A stretch of 60,880 nucleotides of DNA, taken from positions 1-60,880 of the forward strand of contig QZKC01000052.1 of NCBI GenBank assembly GCA_003599425.1, in the 5' to 3' direction. The stretch is from Nitrospiraceae bacterium (lineage in GTDB: Bacteria > Nitrospirota > Thermodesulfovibrionia > UBA6902). A model generated the notes under the pieces. The model did not search any database and was not told where the DNA came from. It saw nothing but the letters and a program-made list of their open reading frames with translations. Positions 1-9,365 of this stretch are shown here, one piece after another. The translations under genes were made by a program, and so were the position numbers. Position 1 is the stretch's first letter. Each line of letters starts with the position of its first letter.

Positions 1-2007
1 TACACTGCCGCGCTGTTCATCGCATGGATCATTATTGTGGTCACATCGCTGGCATGGAACGTTTTTCATGAAAAGCAGAATACCCGTGAATTGGCCCTCA
101 TGGAGGCCCGGATTCATTTTAATAAGGACTTGGCGTTCCGCTCATGGGCAGCAATGAATGGTGGCGTATATGTGCCTCCTACTCAGAAGACCCCTCCCAA
201 CCCCTATCTGTATGTGGCGGAGCGCGATATTAAGACCACATCAGGGCAAGCGCTGACATTAATAAATCCAGCCTATATGCTGCGCCAGGTAATGACTTAT
301 TATTCAGAACTCTACGGGGTCAAGGGGCGCCTCACCAGCCTGAAGGTCTTGAATCCTGTGAATGAACCTGATGCGTGGGAACGCTCGGCCCTTCAGGACT
401 TTGAGCGCGGCCAAAAGGAAGTAGTCGATTTTATTAAAACGGAAGGCGAGCCCCGCCTGCGGTTGATGCGGCCGCTGTTTACTGAAAAAGAATGCCTGCA
501 GTGCCATGCTTTTCAGGGCTATCGGGAAGGAGATGTCCGCGGTGGAATCTCTGTCACAGTTCCGCTCAGGCCCTACTTGGCTATTGAACAGAAGGTGATA
601 ATGGGGGTTGCTTTGTCTCATGGAATATTCTGGCTCCTTGGTATGCTTGCTATTGGTCTTGCATCCAACAGGATAGAGAAGCGTGTGCGGGAACGGAACA
701 TGGCGCAGGAGCAGCTTGAGCACCAGGCGTTTTATGACAAGCTGACCAAACTTCCGAACCGGACGCTGTTCATTCAGCATGTGAAGGAAGAGATAATCCG
801 TTCTAAAGATATGGGGAATCAGTTTGCTGTGCTTTTTCTTGATCTTGACCGCTTTAAAAATATCAACGACAGTCTCGGGCATGTTATTGGTGATAAACTT
901 CTTGTCATCATGTCTGAGAGACTGAAGGACTGCATTCGTCCTGATGATGTGATAGCCCGCTTTGGAGGGGATGAGTTTGCGATACTGCTCAGGAATTGTA
1001 AAGAGGTATCAGGTGCGACACGCTCTGCAGAAAGGATACAGAAAAAGATATCCGTCCCGTTCAGGCTGGATAAACATGAAATATTTCTTTCCGTGAGTAT
1101 TGGAATTGCCCTGAGTGAAACCGGTTATGAGAGTGAAGAAGATGTCCTTCGTGATGCTGACACAGCGATGTACCGGGCCAAGGCACGGGGCAGGGCATGT
1201 TATGAATTATTTGATGTGCATATGTATACTGCTGCAATAAATCTCCTGCAACTGGAAGCAGATCTCAGGAGGGCTGTCGAGAACAAAGATTTTCAGGTCT
1301 ATTATCAGCCGATTATATCGCTGCATGATGACAGGATTCTCGGGGCTGAGGCCGTAATCAGATGGACCCACCCTCAGCGGGGGCCTATTTCTCCGATGGA
1401 GTTTATCCCGCTGGCTGAAGAAACAGGCCTCATTTCAGAGATAGGCGGATGGATACTCAGGACAGCGTGTGCACAGAACAGGGCATGGCATGGAGCAGGA
1501 TATGAGCATCTTCTCATAAAGGTAAATTTTTCTGCATGCCAGTTTTATCATGAGGACATTCTGGAGCTGATCAGGAAGGCGTTGCGGGAAAGCAACATGA
1601 ATGCCCAATTTCTGGACATCGAGATCACCGAGGGTGTTGCTGCTGCTGATAAAAGTATTGCCCTGTTCCGCGAGTTAAGCAACCTGGGCATAAAGATTTC
1701 GATTGATGATTTTGGCACGGGATATTCTTCCCTTGGTTCCCTGAATCGCCTTCCCGTTAATACAATAAAAATCGACAGGTCCTTTGTAAGAGACATTGCA
1801 GTAGATCATCATGCCGGCGCCATTGTCAAAACAATTATTTCCATGGCACATAATCTGAGCATGAAGGTGCTGGCAGAGGGGGTTGAAAATGAGCAGCAGC
1901 GTTTATTCCTTAAGTCACATGGATGTGATGAAGCCCAGGGGTTTCTGTTCAGTCCGCCCGTGCCTGATATAGAGTTTTCAAGACTTCTTGTAAGATGGGG
2001 ACAATAA
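1..2007 (+). CDS. Membrane-bound diguanylate cyclase/phosphodiesterase with DUF3365-type c-heme sensor domain (5' partial)
   Basis: Frame 1 is open from base 1 (YTAALFIAWIII.. hydrophobic helix), so the start lies outside the window. Periplasmic CLQCH heme motif, second TM helix, GGDEF (FGGDEF), EAL domain (EAV variant, DDFGTGYSS). Confidence 0.88.
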   Translation, partial: YTAALFIAWIIIVVTSLAWNVFHEKQNTRELALMEARIHFNKDLAFRSWAAMNGGVYVPPTQKTPPNPYLYVAERDIKTTSGQALTLINPAYMLRQVMTYYSELYGVKGRLTSLKVLNPVNEPDAWERSALQDFERGQKEVVDFIKTEGEPRLRLMRPLFTEKECLQCHAFQGYREGDVRGGISVTVPLRPYLAIEQKVIMGVALSHGIFWLLGMLAIGLASNRIEKRVRERNMAQEQLEHQAFYDKLTKLPNRTLFIQHVKEEIIRSKDMGNQFAVLFLDLDRFKNINDSLGHVIGDKLLVIMSERLKDCIRPDDVIARFGGDEFAILLRNCKEVSGATRSAERIQKKISVPFRLDKHEIFLSVSIGIALSETGYESEEDVLRDADTAMYRAKARGRACYELFDVHMYTAAINLLQLEADLRRAVENKDFQVYYQPIISLHDDRILGAEAVIRWTHPQRGPISPMEFIPLAEETGLISEIGGWILRTACAQNRAWHGAGYEHLLIKVNFSACQFYHEDILELIRKALRESNMNAQFLDIEITEGVAAADKSIALFRELSNLGIKISIDDFGTGYSSLGSLNRLPVNTIKIDRSFVRDIAVDHHAGAIVKTIISMAHNLSMKVLAEGVENEQQRLFLKSHGCDEAQGFLFSPPVPDIEFSRLLVRWGQ

Positions 2008-2118
2008 AGCTTTAGTGGTGCTATAGAGAGAGCTTTATCAGTTGTCTCTGTCTCTATCCACATACTATCAAAGGGTTCTCTCACGTTATTGAGACATAAT
2101 TATTTTAGGCGGGATCGC

Positions 2119-2148
2119 TTGACAATAATGGTTATTAGTTGATATGAT
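2119..2148 (+). promoter_or_regulatory. sigma70 promoter of perR overlapped by a Fur/Per-box-like inverted repeat
   Basis: TTGACA 2119-2124, 18-nt spacer, TGaTATGAT. AATAAT-G-GTTATT imperfect palindrome at 2124-2136. Confidence 0.5.
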
Positions 2149-2178
2149 TTATCTACAGAAAATAGGTATTGAGCAATT

Positions 2179-2589
2179 ATGGAAAGATACAGAAAAATAA
2201 ACTTAAAGCTCACACCACAACGGATGGCGATTTTTGACTATCTTGATGGAAATAAAGCCCATCCTTCTGCAGAGCAGATCTACAGGGGAATCAGGAAAAA
2301 ATTCCCGACCACTTCATTTGCAACGGTTTACAAGACACTTGAGGCCCTTAAAAAGAAAGGGCAGATACATGAATTGACTATTGATGAGTCGAGAAGACGT
2401 TATGATCCTGATACAAACTATCATCATCATCTCATCTGTCTTGATTGCAAAAGTATAGTAGATGTCAACATTGATTTTAACATCACGATACCCGATGACC
2501 AGAAATATTCCTATGACGTCATCGGTAATCATATACAGTTTTTTGGCGTGTGTCCAAAGTGCAGGGACAACCACGATAGTCAAAAATAA
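2179..2589 (+). CDS. perR: Fur-family transcriptional regulator, PerR-like
   Basis: LTPQR, HPSAEQIY, ATVYKTL, HHHLICLDC and CPKC motifs; upstream of rubrerythrin. Confidence 0.85.
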   Translation: MERYRKINLKLTPQRMAIFDYLDGNKAHPSAEQIYRGIRKKFPTTSFATVYKTLEALKKKGQIHELTIDESRRRYDPDTNYHHHLICLDCKSIVDVNIDFNITIPDDQKYSYDVIGNHIQFFGVCPKCRDNHDSQK

Positions 2590-2605
2590 AGAAGGAGGAC
2601 TTCAT

Positions 2606-3049
2606 ATGTGTACTGACCATGCGATGGCATGTAAATGCGGCAATAACGTTGCTAACTTCAATTTCAGAAATGATTTTATGCCCCCTGAGGTAATAGAGGC
2701 CTTGTATTGTCCAATTTGCTCGGACGAATTAAAGCTGGACGCTGAAACTATGCTCAATGATAACGGGTGGGTAATTGAATTCGATATGGAGGTGGCAGGC
2801 TTTTACAGGAACAGGCTTCCTGCCGGTGATGCGGAGCGTTTGTCCCCTGAGATCCTTTTTAATGAAGGATACGCAACATGGCGCGGAATTTATCCCGGCG
2901 ATCACATTGACAGCATAAAAGAACGACAGGAACTGACAGCGCTGGCAAAGACCGATCCAAGGAAGTATTTTGAAGAGGTGAAAAACTGGGCCAACTGCAG
3001 GATGGCCAGGCTAAAAGAAAAAGGCTGGAGGAAGGCACATGAAGGATAG
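2606..3049 (+). CDS. Conserved hypothetical Cys-rich protein (CxC...CxxC), 147 aa
   Basis: Strong RBS AAGGAGG upstream of ATG 2606 (the track start at 2462 overlaps perR). MCTDHAMACKCG...YCPIC. Confidence 0.75.
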   Translation: MCTDHAMACKCGNNVANFNFRNDFMPPEVIEALYCPICSDELKLDAETMLNDNGWVIEFDMEVAGFYRNRLPAGDAERLSPEILFNEGYATWRGIYPGDHIDSIKERQELTALAKTDPRKYFEEVKNWANCRMARLKEKGWRKAHEG

Positions 3050-3215
3050 GCGTCTTGAAGAAAAACCGGGATGCTCTGATAAACGTGCTCTATTCCCGGA
3101 AGAAATTGCATGTCCGCAATGTGGTATTGAGACGGAAATATGGAACGATGAGACGGAAGCATCCTGCAAAAAATGCGGGACTCTTTTTATCAAGGCAAAT
3201 ATAGCCAGCAGTTAG
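3039..3215 (+). CDS. Small zinc-ribbon protein, 58 aa (not in ORF track)
   Basis: Manual translation MKDRRLEEKPGCSDKRALFPEEIACPQCGIETEIWNDETEASCKKCGTLFIKANIASS*. Two CxxCG motifs, GGAGG RBS, overlaps the upstream stop. Confidence 0.75.
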   Translation: MKDRRLEEKPGCSDKRALFPEEIACPQCGIETEIWNDETEASCKKCGTLFIKANIASS

Positions 3216-3298
3216 AATAAATTTTTTACAAACTTGATTCTGAGGGATTAGAGTTCAATAAATACAACAAGGAATAAAGAACTGAAAGGAGAGAAATA

Positions 3299-3793
3299 AT
3301 GTCTAAAACAGAAAAGAACCTGCAGGATGCCTTTGCAGGAGAATCACAGGCAAACAGGAAATATCTCGCTTTTGCAAAAAAGGCCGGGAAGGAAGGGTAC
3401 AAGCAAGCAGCAAAACTGTTCAGGGCCGCTGCCGAAGCAGAAACAGTACATGCACACAATCATCTGAGGGAGCTCAAGGGAATAAAGAGTACAAAGGAAA
3501 ACCTTGAGGAAGCAGTTAACGGAGAATCCTTTGAATTTCAGAAGATGTATCCACAGATGATTAAGGACGCTGAGGAAGAGGGGAACAAGTCAGCGCTGAG
3601 GAGCTTTAACTTTGCCAATGAGGTCGAAAAGATACATGCTGACCTGTATAAAAAAGCGCTCGCAAGTCTTGGCAGCAACGAAGAGACAGATTATTATATC
3701 TGTGATGTCTGCGGATATACTGCTGAAGGACATGCGCCTGACAAATGTCCTGTGTGCAGCGCAAAGAAAGAGATGTTCAGGAAGATAGATTAG
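3299..3793 (+). CDS. rbr: Rubrerythrin
   Basis: AFAGESQANRKY, EAETVHA, EKIH di-iron ligands; C-terminal CDVCG..CPVC rubredoxin-like domain; AAGGAG RBS. Confidence 0.93.
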   Translation: MSKTEKNLQDAFAGESQANRKYLAFAKKAGKEGYKQAAKLFRAAAEAETVHAHNHLRELKGIKSTKENLEEAVNGESFEFQKMYPQMIKDAEEEGNKSALRSFNFANEVEKIHADLYKKALASLGSNEETDYYICDVCGYTAEGHAPDKCPVCSAKKEMFRKID

Positions 3794-4458
3794 GTCTCTA
3801 AAAACTTTTTCAATTCATCTTCATCAATTTTGTATTCACGCGCAAGGTGCTGCGCTGTAGCTCCTGTCTGTTTCATGACCTCTTTGACATAATCTCCAAA
3901 GCTGGTCTGCTTTTCACAGGTATTAAAATAGCTCTTGAGCACCATGGACAGCCCTTCTGAAGGGATCCGGTATCCCTTTCCAGTAGCCTCGGCCTCGCCG
4001 ATGCTTTCAGGGATGCCAATGACAGCCATCCTGTCATCCACGATAATGAACCTCATGTTATGCACCATGAGACAACTGCTGTACATAATTTCAGCCCCAG
4101 CTTTTGTATAAAGAGAACCTACATGCAGCCTGTCAGGGAATTTTGGCAGGAGATATTTCACGCGGACTCCTTTTTTTGTAAGGGTTTCGAGGATTGCCGA
4201 TATGTCTTTTGTCATCTGGCTATCGCTTTTCCCGGGAAACCTGCCCGTAATGCAGCCGACTATTTCCTCCTTTGCGCTCATCATGGCATCCAGCACTGTG
4301 AGGAAATACTCCTGACGCGTAAGGATTCTTGTCGCCTTGCTCATTTCTCCAAGGAGCTTGTCCCTCTGCCTGCCTTCCTTTAAGCTGAGAACAAGAAGAA
4401 TGATTGTGGCGACGAGCAAAACGGATTCAAGCAGGAGAAGGCCGATTTCAATGGACAT
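3790..4458 (-). CDS. Hypothetical membrane-anchored protein with TrmB/PLD-like domain
   Basis: N-terminal TM helix; AKEEIV..KGVRVKYL..HNMRFIIVDD pattern resembles the PLD-like fold; AAGGAGG RBS. Confidence 0.6.
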   Translation of the reverse strand: MSIEIGLLLLESVLLVATIILLVLSLKEGRQRDKLLGEMSKATRILTRQEYFLTVLDAMMSAKEEIVGCITGRFPGKSDSQMTKDISAILETLTKKGVRVKYLLPKFPDRLHVGSLYTKAGAEIMYSSCLMVHNMRFIIVDDRMAVIGIPESIGEAEATGKGYRIPSEGLSMVLKSYFNTCEKQTSFGDYVKEVMKQTGATAQHLAREYKIDEDELKKFLET

Positions 4459-4574
4459 AATTTACCTCCTTTGTTGAGAAACCGTATTGATCCGGCATGA
4501 TCGATAAACAGTATGCCGTCGCTGATATGGTCGAGTATGATCCTGAGTTCTTTTACGTTTCCTCTGAAAGGCAT
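4380..4574 (-). pseudogene. Truncated PAS-domain gene stub
   Basis: GAGGT RBS, then ILDHISDGILFIDHAGSIRFLNK (PAS N-terminus); similarity ends at the RBS of the next gene. Confidence 0.55.
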
Positions 4575-4644
4575 AACTACCTCTTCTCATAAAAAGTATA
4601 ACGTCTATCCTGAAAAAAGCAATTGATAACAGACCTGCAGGAGA

Positions 4645-6012
4645 TTAAAATTCCTTTATTATCCTGTCTAATCTGTTCTCTACAAGCTGCCTTATCTCAG
4701 AAATACGTTGCTGAGATTGTGCCTCAAAGCGGAGCACAAGCACAGGCTGCGTGTTCGACGCACGGATGAGAGCCCAGCCATCGGGAAACTGTATCCTTAT
4801 TCCATCGATGGTAATAGATGGGTATTCGTTAAATGCTGTTTGAGCCTTTTCAGCGATCATGAATTTTATTTCATCAGGACAGTCAAACCTGATCTCCGGG
4901 GTTGCGACAGTGTGCGGAACATCTTTTAAAAGATTTTTCGTGCTGTACGGCATTCCGGCTTTTTTTATGATCTCAAGGAGCCTCAGGCTTGCGTAGACAG
5001 CGTCATCATAGCCGAAGTACCGGTGCGCGAAGAACAGATGCCCGCTCATCTCTCCGGCAAGAAGGGCATGCTCTTTTTTCAGTTTCTCCTTGATCAGGGA
5101 ATGCCCGGTCTTCCACATGATCGGGATCCCCCCATGAGCGGCTATATCATCATACATGGTCTGTGAACACTTCACCTCGCCGATTATCTTTGCTCCGGGA
5201 TTGTCTTTCAGTATGTCGCGTGAAAAGATTATCATCAGTTTGTCTCCCCATATGATATTGCCGTCCTCGTCTATCGCGCCGATCCTGTCGGCATCTCCGT
5301 CATATCCGATCCCGACATGTGCTTTTGTTTCTTTTACCTTGGCGATAAGGGCTGTAAGATTCTTCTCGACTGTCGGGTCAGGATGGTGATTCGGGAAATT
5401 GCCGTCCGGCTCACAGTAAAGCTCTATCACTTCCGCGCCGAGCGCTTTCATGATCTTTGGGGCAACAAGCCCGCCGGTGCCGTTCCCGGCATCAACAACA
5501 ACTTTTATTCCTGACAGGCTGGGGAATTTGTCTCTTAAATGATCAATGTAATCGTTGATTACCGGATACGTTTCTGTATTGCCGCGGCCTCTCTTAAAAT
5601 CATCAGCATCTATAATTTTTCTGACATCCTGAATTGCGTCTCCGAAAATAGTGGCCTTGCCCACGCTTAATTTGAAACCGTTGAATTCAGGAGGATTGTG
5701 GCTGCCGGTGATCATGACCCCGCCGTCAAGTGATAGTTTATACATCGAATAGTACTGGAGGGGCGTAGGACACACGCCGAGGTCAACAACATCAATTCCT
5801 GAACCTGTCAGCCCTTTCAACAGTGAGTCCCTGATCGCCGGGGAATGAAGACGGGCATCCCTGCCGACGCTTATCTTTGCTGTTTCTTTATTCAGGGATT
5901 TCAGTAAATACGAAGCGAATCCTCTGCCGATCAACTCAACCACATCCGGGGTCAGGTCTTTTTCCCATATCCCTCTGATGTCATACTGCCTGAATATTGA
6001 CGGATTGATCAT
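4645..6012 (-). CDS. algC: Phosphomannomutase/phosphoglucomutase
   Basis: FRQYDIRG, TGSHNP, DGDADR, GEMSGH, RASNTQP motifs; GGAGG RBS. Confidence 0.93.
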   Translation of the reverse strand: MINPSIFRQYDIRGIWEKDLTPDVVELIGRGFASYLLKSLNKETAKISVGRDARLHSPAIRDSLLKGLTGSGIDVVDLGVCPTPLQYYSMYKLSLDGGVMITGSHNPPEFNGFKLSVGKATIFGDAIQDVRKIIDADDFKRGRGNTETYPVINDYIDHLRDKFPSLSGIKVVVDAGNGTGGLVAPKIMKALGAEVIELYCEPDGNFPNHHPDPTVEKNLTALIAKVKETKAHVGIGYDGDADRIGAIDEDGNIIWGDKLMIIFSRDILKDNPGAKIIGEVKCSQTMYDDIAAHGGIPIMWKTGHSLIKEKLKKEHALLAGEMSGHLFFAHRYFGYDDAVYASLRLLEIIKKAGMPYSTKNLLKDVPHTVATPEIRFDCPDEIKFMIAEKAQTAFNEYPSITIDGIRIQFPDGWALIRASNTQPVLVLRFEAQSQQRISEIRQLVENRLDRIIKEF

Positions 6013-6182
6013 CAAGCCTCCATGGATTTTGGTATCAGGAATTATAGCATACCTGCCCTGATATCATTATTTTCATGTTATAAATCTTCTTGCCGTTTCG
6101 CATAGCTACGATTATAATTAACCAATAGTTTTTAAAGTGAAAAGCAGGGGGAATTTCATCTATTTTTTTGTGAAAGAGTGTA

Positions 6183-6452
6183 ATGCCCATAACACCTGAA
6201 GACAAAGCCCGTGAAGTAATCGACAACATGTTGGGAAAAGCAGGTTGGCATGTCTGCGACCTGAAGGATGCCAATATCTCCTCACATCGAGGCGTTGTCA
6301 TAAGAAACTTCCCGCTTAAGACAGGACATGGCTTTGCTGATTATCTTTTTTACATTGCCGGTAAGGCTGCCGGCGTTATTGAAGCCAATCTGGGACGGCA
6401 GACATTGAAGGAGTTTCAGCAGTTTCAGTCTCCTCAGGTGTTGGCGACTTGA
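6183..6452 (+). pseudogene. hsdR: N-terminal fragment of type I restriction enzyme R subunit
   Basis: TPEDKAREVIDNML..AGW..GFADYLFY..GVIEA is the HsdR endonuclease N-terminus. It breaks at the EAK motif and is only 89 aa. Confidence 0.75.
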
Positions 6453-6497
6453 TAATCAAGAGTCTTGTTGGTATAATTAAGGTACTGTATTAAGTAC
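6449..6497 (+). promoter_or_regulatory. TA operon promoter and palindromic operator
   Basis: TTGATA-17-TATAAT with extended -10 TG; GTACT-N6-AGTAC at 6482-6497. Confidence 0.6.
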
Positions 6498-6513
6498 TGA
6501 AAGGAGTGTTGAT

Positions 6514-6777
6514 ATGAATACCTTGACTGCGCAGGAAATTAAGAGAAAAGGAATTTCAGCTGTTGATGAAGTCCTTAAAGACGGCCCGGTCCATATTATT
6601 AAAAACAATCAGCCTCAGTATGTTGTCCTCTCTGAAGAGAGATACCGGGAATTGCTTGAGGCCGAGGGTGAGGCATATAATGCGCGCATCCGGGCATCCC
6701 TTGAGGACTTAAAAGCAGGAAGGGTAAAACGCGGGTCTGCAAAAGATCTGATAAAAGAATTGAAGCTCGAAGACTGA
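6514..6777 (+). CDS. Type II antitoxin, Phd/YefM family
   Basis: GPVHIIKNNQPQYVVLSEERY Phd pattern; AAGGAG RBS; directly upstream of the toxin. Confidence 0.85.
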   Translation: MNTLTAQEIKRKGISAVDEVLKDGPVHIIKNNQPQYVVLSEERYRELLEAEGEAYNARIRASLEDLKAGRVKRGSAKDLIKELKLED

Positions 6778-6780
6778 GGC

Positions 6781-7062
6781 ATGTATACTCTTGTCTGGAC
6801 TGCTCATTTTACCCGCTCGGTTGAAAAGTTCAAGAAGCGCCATCCCGAACTGAAAAAGAAGCTTGCCCAGGTATTGCGCGACCTTGAGAAAGACCCCTTC
6901 CAGCCGCATCTTCATTATCATCATCTCGGGGGAAAGCTTAAAGGTATTCAGGCGGTAAGCATAAATGATAAATACCGGGTCTCGTTGACGGTTGTTATAA
7001 CAGAAAAAGAGATCGTTCTTCTCGATGTTGGGAGTCACGATGAGGTTTATGGAAAAAGATGA
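6781..7062 (+). CDS. Type II toxin, RelE/YafQ family mRNA interferase
   Basis: 93 aa, basic; HLGGKLKG..SINDKYR..LLDVGSHDEVY C-terminal motif. Confidence 0.85.
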   Translation: MYTLVWTAHFTRSVEKFKKRHPELKKKLAQVLRDLEKDPFQPHLHYHHLGGKLKGIQAVSINDKYRVSLTVVITEKEIVLLDVGSHDEVYGKR

Positions 7063-7308
7063 GTTGAGGGGGTAATTCATGAATTACCCCTACAAAAGAC
7101 ATTGCCGGCGGGGTGGGTTATTAAGAAATTAGACGATGCCTGCAACATCATAATGGGACAATCGCCCCCCGGAAATACGTACAATAAAGATAAATCGGGG
7201 CTACCATTTTTCCAGGGGAAAGCAGAATTTGGAGTCCGTTATCCAACCGTTGTTAAATGGTGTTCAAACCCTAAAAAAGTTGCCTATAGAGGGGAGGAGG
7301 AGACATAA
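7059..7308 (+). pseudogene. hsdS: N-terminal fragment of type I RM specificity subunit
   Basis: LPAGW..LDDAC.IIMGQSP..GLPFFQGKAEFG..PKKVA is an HsdS TRD start. An ATG overlapping the toxin stop (ATGA) is one base out of frame; the fragment is truncated. Confidence 0.75.
7064..7095. repeat. GTAG-type REP-like palindrome
   Basis: Perfect 22-bp palindrome GGGGTAATTCATGAATTACCCC (7069-7090) followed by TAC. Confidence 0.7.
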
Positions 7309-7390
7309 CTTCCTGAAAGGTGAAGTCAAATTGACACTAATCAAATCTTTCATTGCAAAATCAGAAGCCAGAATTTAAAATCCATATACC

Positions 7391-7852
7391 ATGAAAACCA
7401 AGATAATTGACAGGGCAGAGATTCAAAACATTGCTGCACAACTCAAACAGCAGGGCAAAAAGATCGTCTTCACCAACGGCTGTTTCGACATCCTCCATGT
7501 CGGACATGTCCGCTATCTGATGGAGGCAAAAAAGCTCGGCGACATCCTTATTGTCGGCTTGAATGCGGACAGCTCTGTATCACGGATCAAACCCGGCAGG
7601 CCGGTCAATTCAGAGAAAGACAGGGCCGAGGTACTTGCAGCTCTCCATATGGTTGATTATGTAACGCTGTTCAGCGAAGACACTCCGTATGAGCTTATTA
7701 AGACTGTTCAGCCGGACGTCCTTGTAAAAGGCTCGGACTGGAATGTCAAAGATATCATCGGAGCAGACATTGCCAAGGAAGTCCGCACGATCCCCTTTAT
7801 TGAAGGGGTATCGACTACAGGGCTTATCAAAAAGATCCAGGATATGAAATAA
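7391..7852 (+). CDS. rfaE2: D-glycero-beta-D-manno-heptose 1-phosphate adenylyltransferase
   Basis: [35 protein letters not shown] motifs. Confidence 0.92.
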   Translation: MKTKIIDRAEIQNIAAQLKQQGKKIVFTNGCFDILHVGHVRYLMEAKKLGDILIVGLNADSSVSRIKPGRPVNSEKDRAEVLAALHMVDYVTLFSEDTPYELIKTVQPDVLVKGSDWNVKDIIGADIAKEVRTIPFIEGVSTTGLIKKIQDMK

Positions 7853-8002
7853 ATCATTTGTGACGCTCTTTCCGTAAGTTCCCCCAAAAACTCACTTCTG
7901 TAAAAAATTAAAGTGCAGCCATTCTTTTCTCGATAAGATGTCAGGATTTCACTTAAGGGACAATGCATGTGACATGCAGCTCTTGAACAAAGGAATGAAA
8001 GC

Positions 8003-9364
8003 TTGAATAAAAAGATTACCAAAACATTGCTCTTATTTTGCCTGATCTTGTTTACCATTGTATTTTTTTCAAAGCAAGTTTCAGCGGAAGAAACAATCAA
8101 TTACGATACGGGGTTGCAGAAGGTGCGTGACTATACGAAGACAAAGAACTTCCAGGAGGCTGAAACCTTATTGAAGGGAATGCTTTCCCGGTATCCGGAC
8201 AATTCAGAACTGCTCGAAATGTTAGGCAGGATACTTTTCTGGGAAAAGAAATATGATGAGTCCCTGACTGTGTATAAAAGGCTTCTCGAGGTCAGACCAT
8301 CTCAGAAAGCAGAAGAGGATATGAACAGGGTCATCTCGGCAAAAGAGTTACAGATAGCTCAGGAACTCCAGGACCGCGGCAATATAAAAGAAGCGGAAGA
8401 GAGGCTGAAGTTACTTTATAATTCCGGCCGCGATCGTTACTCAGCAGGCTATCAGCTCGGAATCCTGTACATAAGGCAGCGAGACTATGATGAGGCCCTA
8501 AAAATATTTTCAGAGCTGAGGACATATTATCCTGAAGATTCCGGATTTGAAGAGCTCTATCTGGAGTCGTTGATACTTACAGGCAATATTAGTATGGCTA
8601 AAGAGGGTCTCAACAGCCTTCCAGAGGACAGGAGGGCAAAGCTGCATGACAGAAGGGACGACCTTTTTTATCGGGTCAGAAGAAATTACATGATGATCGG
8701 CACTACGTGGGGAGATTACGACCAGGGGATGAAAGATGAAAGACAGCATGACGTCAAATGGAGGCAGCGAATAGCTGAAAAGACATTTGTATTCAGCTTT
8801 TCGAATATTGAGAGATTCGGGATAACAGATTCACAGGCCGGGCTTGAGATTTATTCAAAGCTCGGTGAGAAAACAAAAAGATGGGGATATCTGTCTTTTA
8901 CTGCAAGCCCCGGAGCTGACTTTCTGCCCCGCTGGACTGCCGAAGCCGCGGCCTATCAGGGGTACAGGAACCTTGATCTATCGTTGGGCTATGCGCATAT
9001 GGAATTCAACAGTTCATCAGTTGACAGGCTTATGCCCGGAATTATCGTTTACCTGCCGTACAGGCTTGCCCTGAACGAGACCCTTTTCATAAACCTGCGC
9101 AGAGGTACAACCACCCTGCTCTCTAAGATCCATTATGAGCCCAATCATAAATTCAACTGTTATTACAGTTATTCCTCCGGAAGTTCTGCGGAGGAAATAG
9201 GTTCGCTTCAGGACATCGAGAAGATCAGCACGTATTCTCACGGGGCTGAATTTGAATACAGGTTTGTAGAGCAGTTCAGCATCGGAGCAGGACTGAAATT
9301 CAGCCGCAGAGAAAACAGCTACACCCAGAACGACATCACTTTTTTCGCGAAATACTGGTGGTAA
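8003..9364 (+). CDS. TPR-repeat protein with YaiO-family outer-membrane beta-barrel
   Basis: Signal peptide (..VSA/EE), TPR helices, amphipathic beta strands with a ADFLP motif, terminal aromatic residues (..AKYWW). Confidence 0.75.
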   Translation: MNKKITKTLLLFCLILFTIVFFSKQVSAEETINYDTGLQKVRDYTKTKNFQEAETLLKGMLSRYPDNSELLEMLGRILFWEKKYDESLTVYKRLLEVRPSQKAEEDMNRVISAKELQIAQELQDRGNIKEAEERLKLLYNSGRDRYSAGYQLGILYIRQRDYDEALKIFSELRTYYPEDSGFEELYLESLILTGNISMAKEGLNSLPEDRRAKLHDRRDDLFYRVRRNYMMIGTTWGDYDQGMKDERQHDVKWRQRIAEKTFVFSFSNIERFGITDSQAGLEIYSKLGEKTKRWGYLSFTASPGADFLPRWTAEAAAYQGYRNLDLSLGYAHMEFNSSSVDRLMPGIIVYLPYRLALNETLFINLRRGTTTLLSKIHYEPNHKFNCYYSYSSGSSAEEIGSLQDIEKISTYSHGAEFEYRFVEQFSIGAGLKFSRRENSYTQNDITFFAKYWW

Positions 9365-9365
9365 T

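Noticed and set aside
2462-2605. Upstream start extensions in the ORF track (also 23434, 37567, 44548, 46284, 49140, 52538, 53409, 58999)
   Set aside because: They overlap neighbouring genes, repeats or promoters; downstream ATGs have a better RBS, coupling or family N-terminus.
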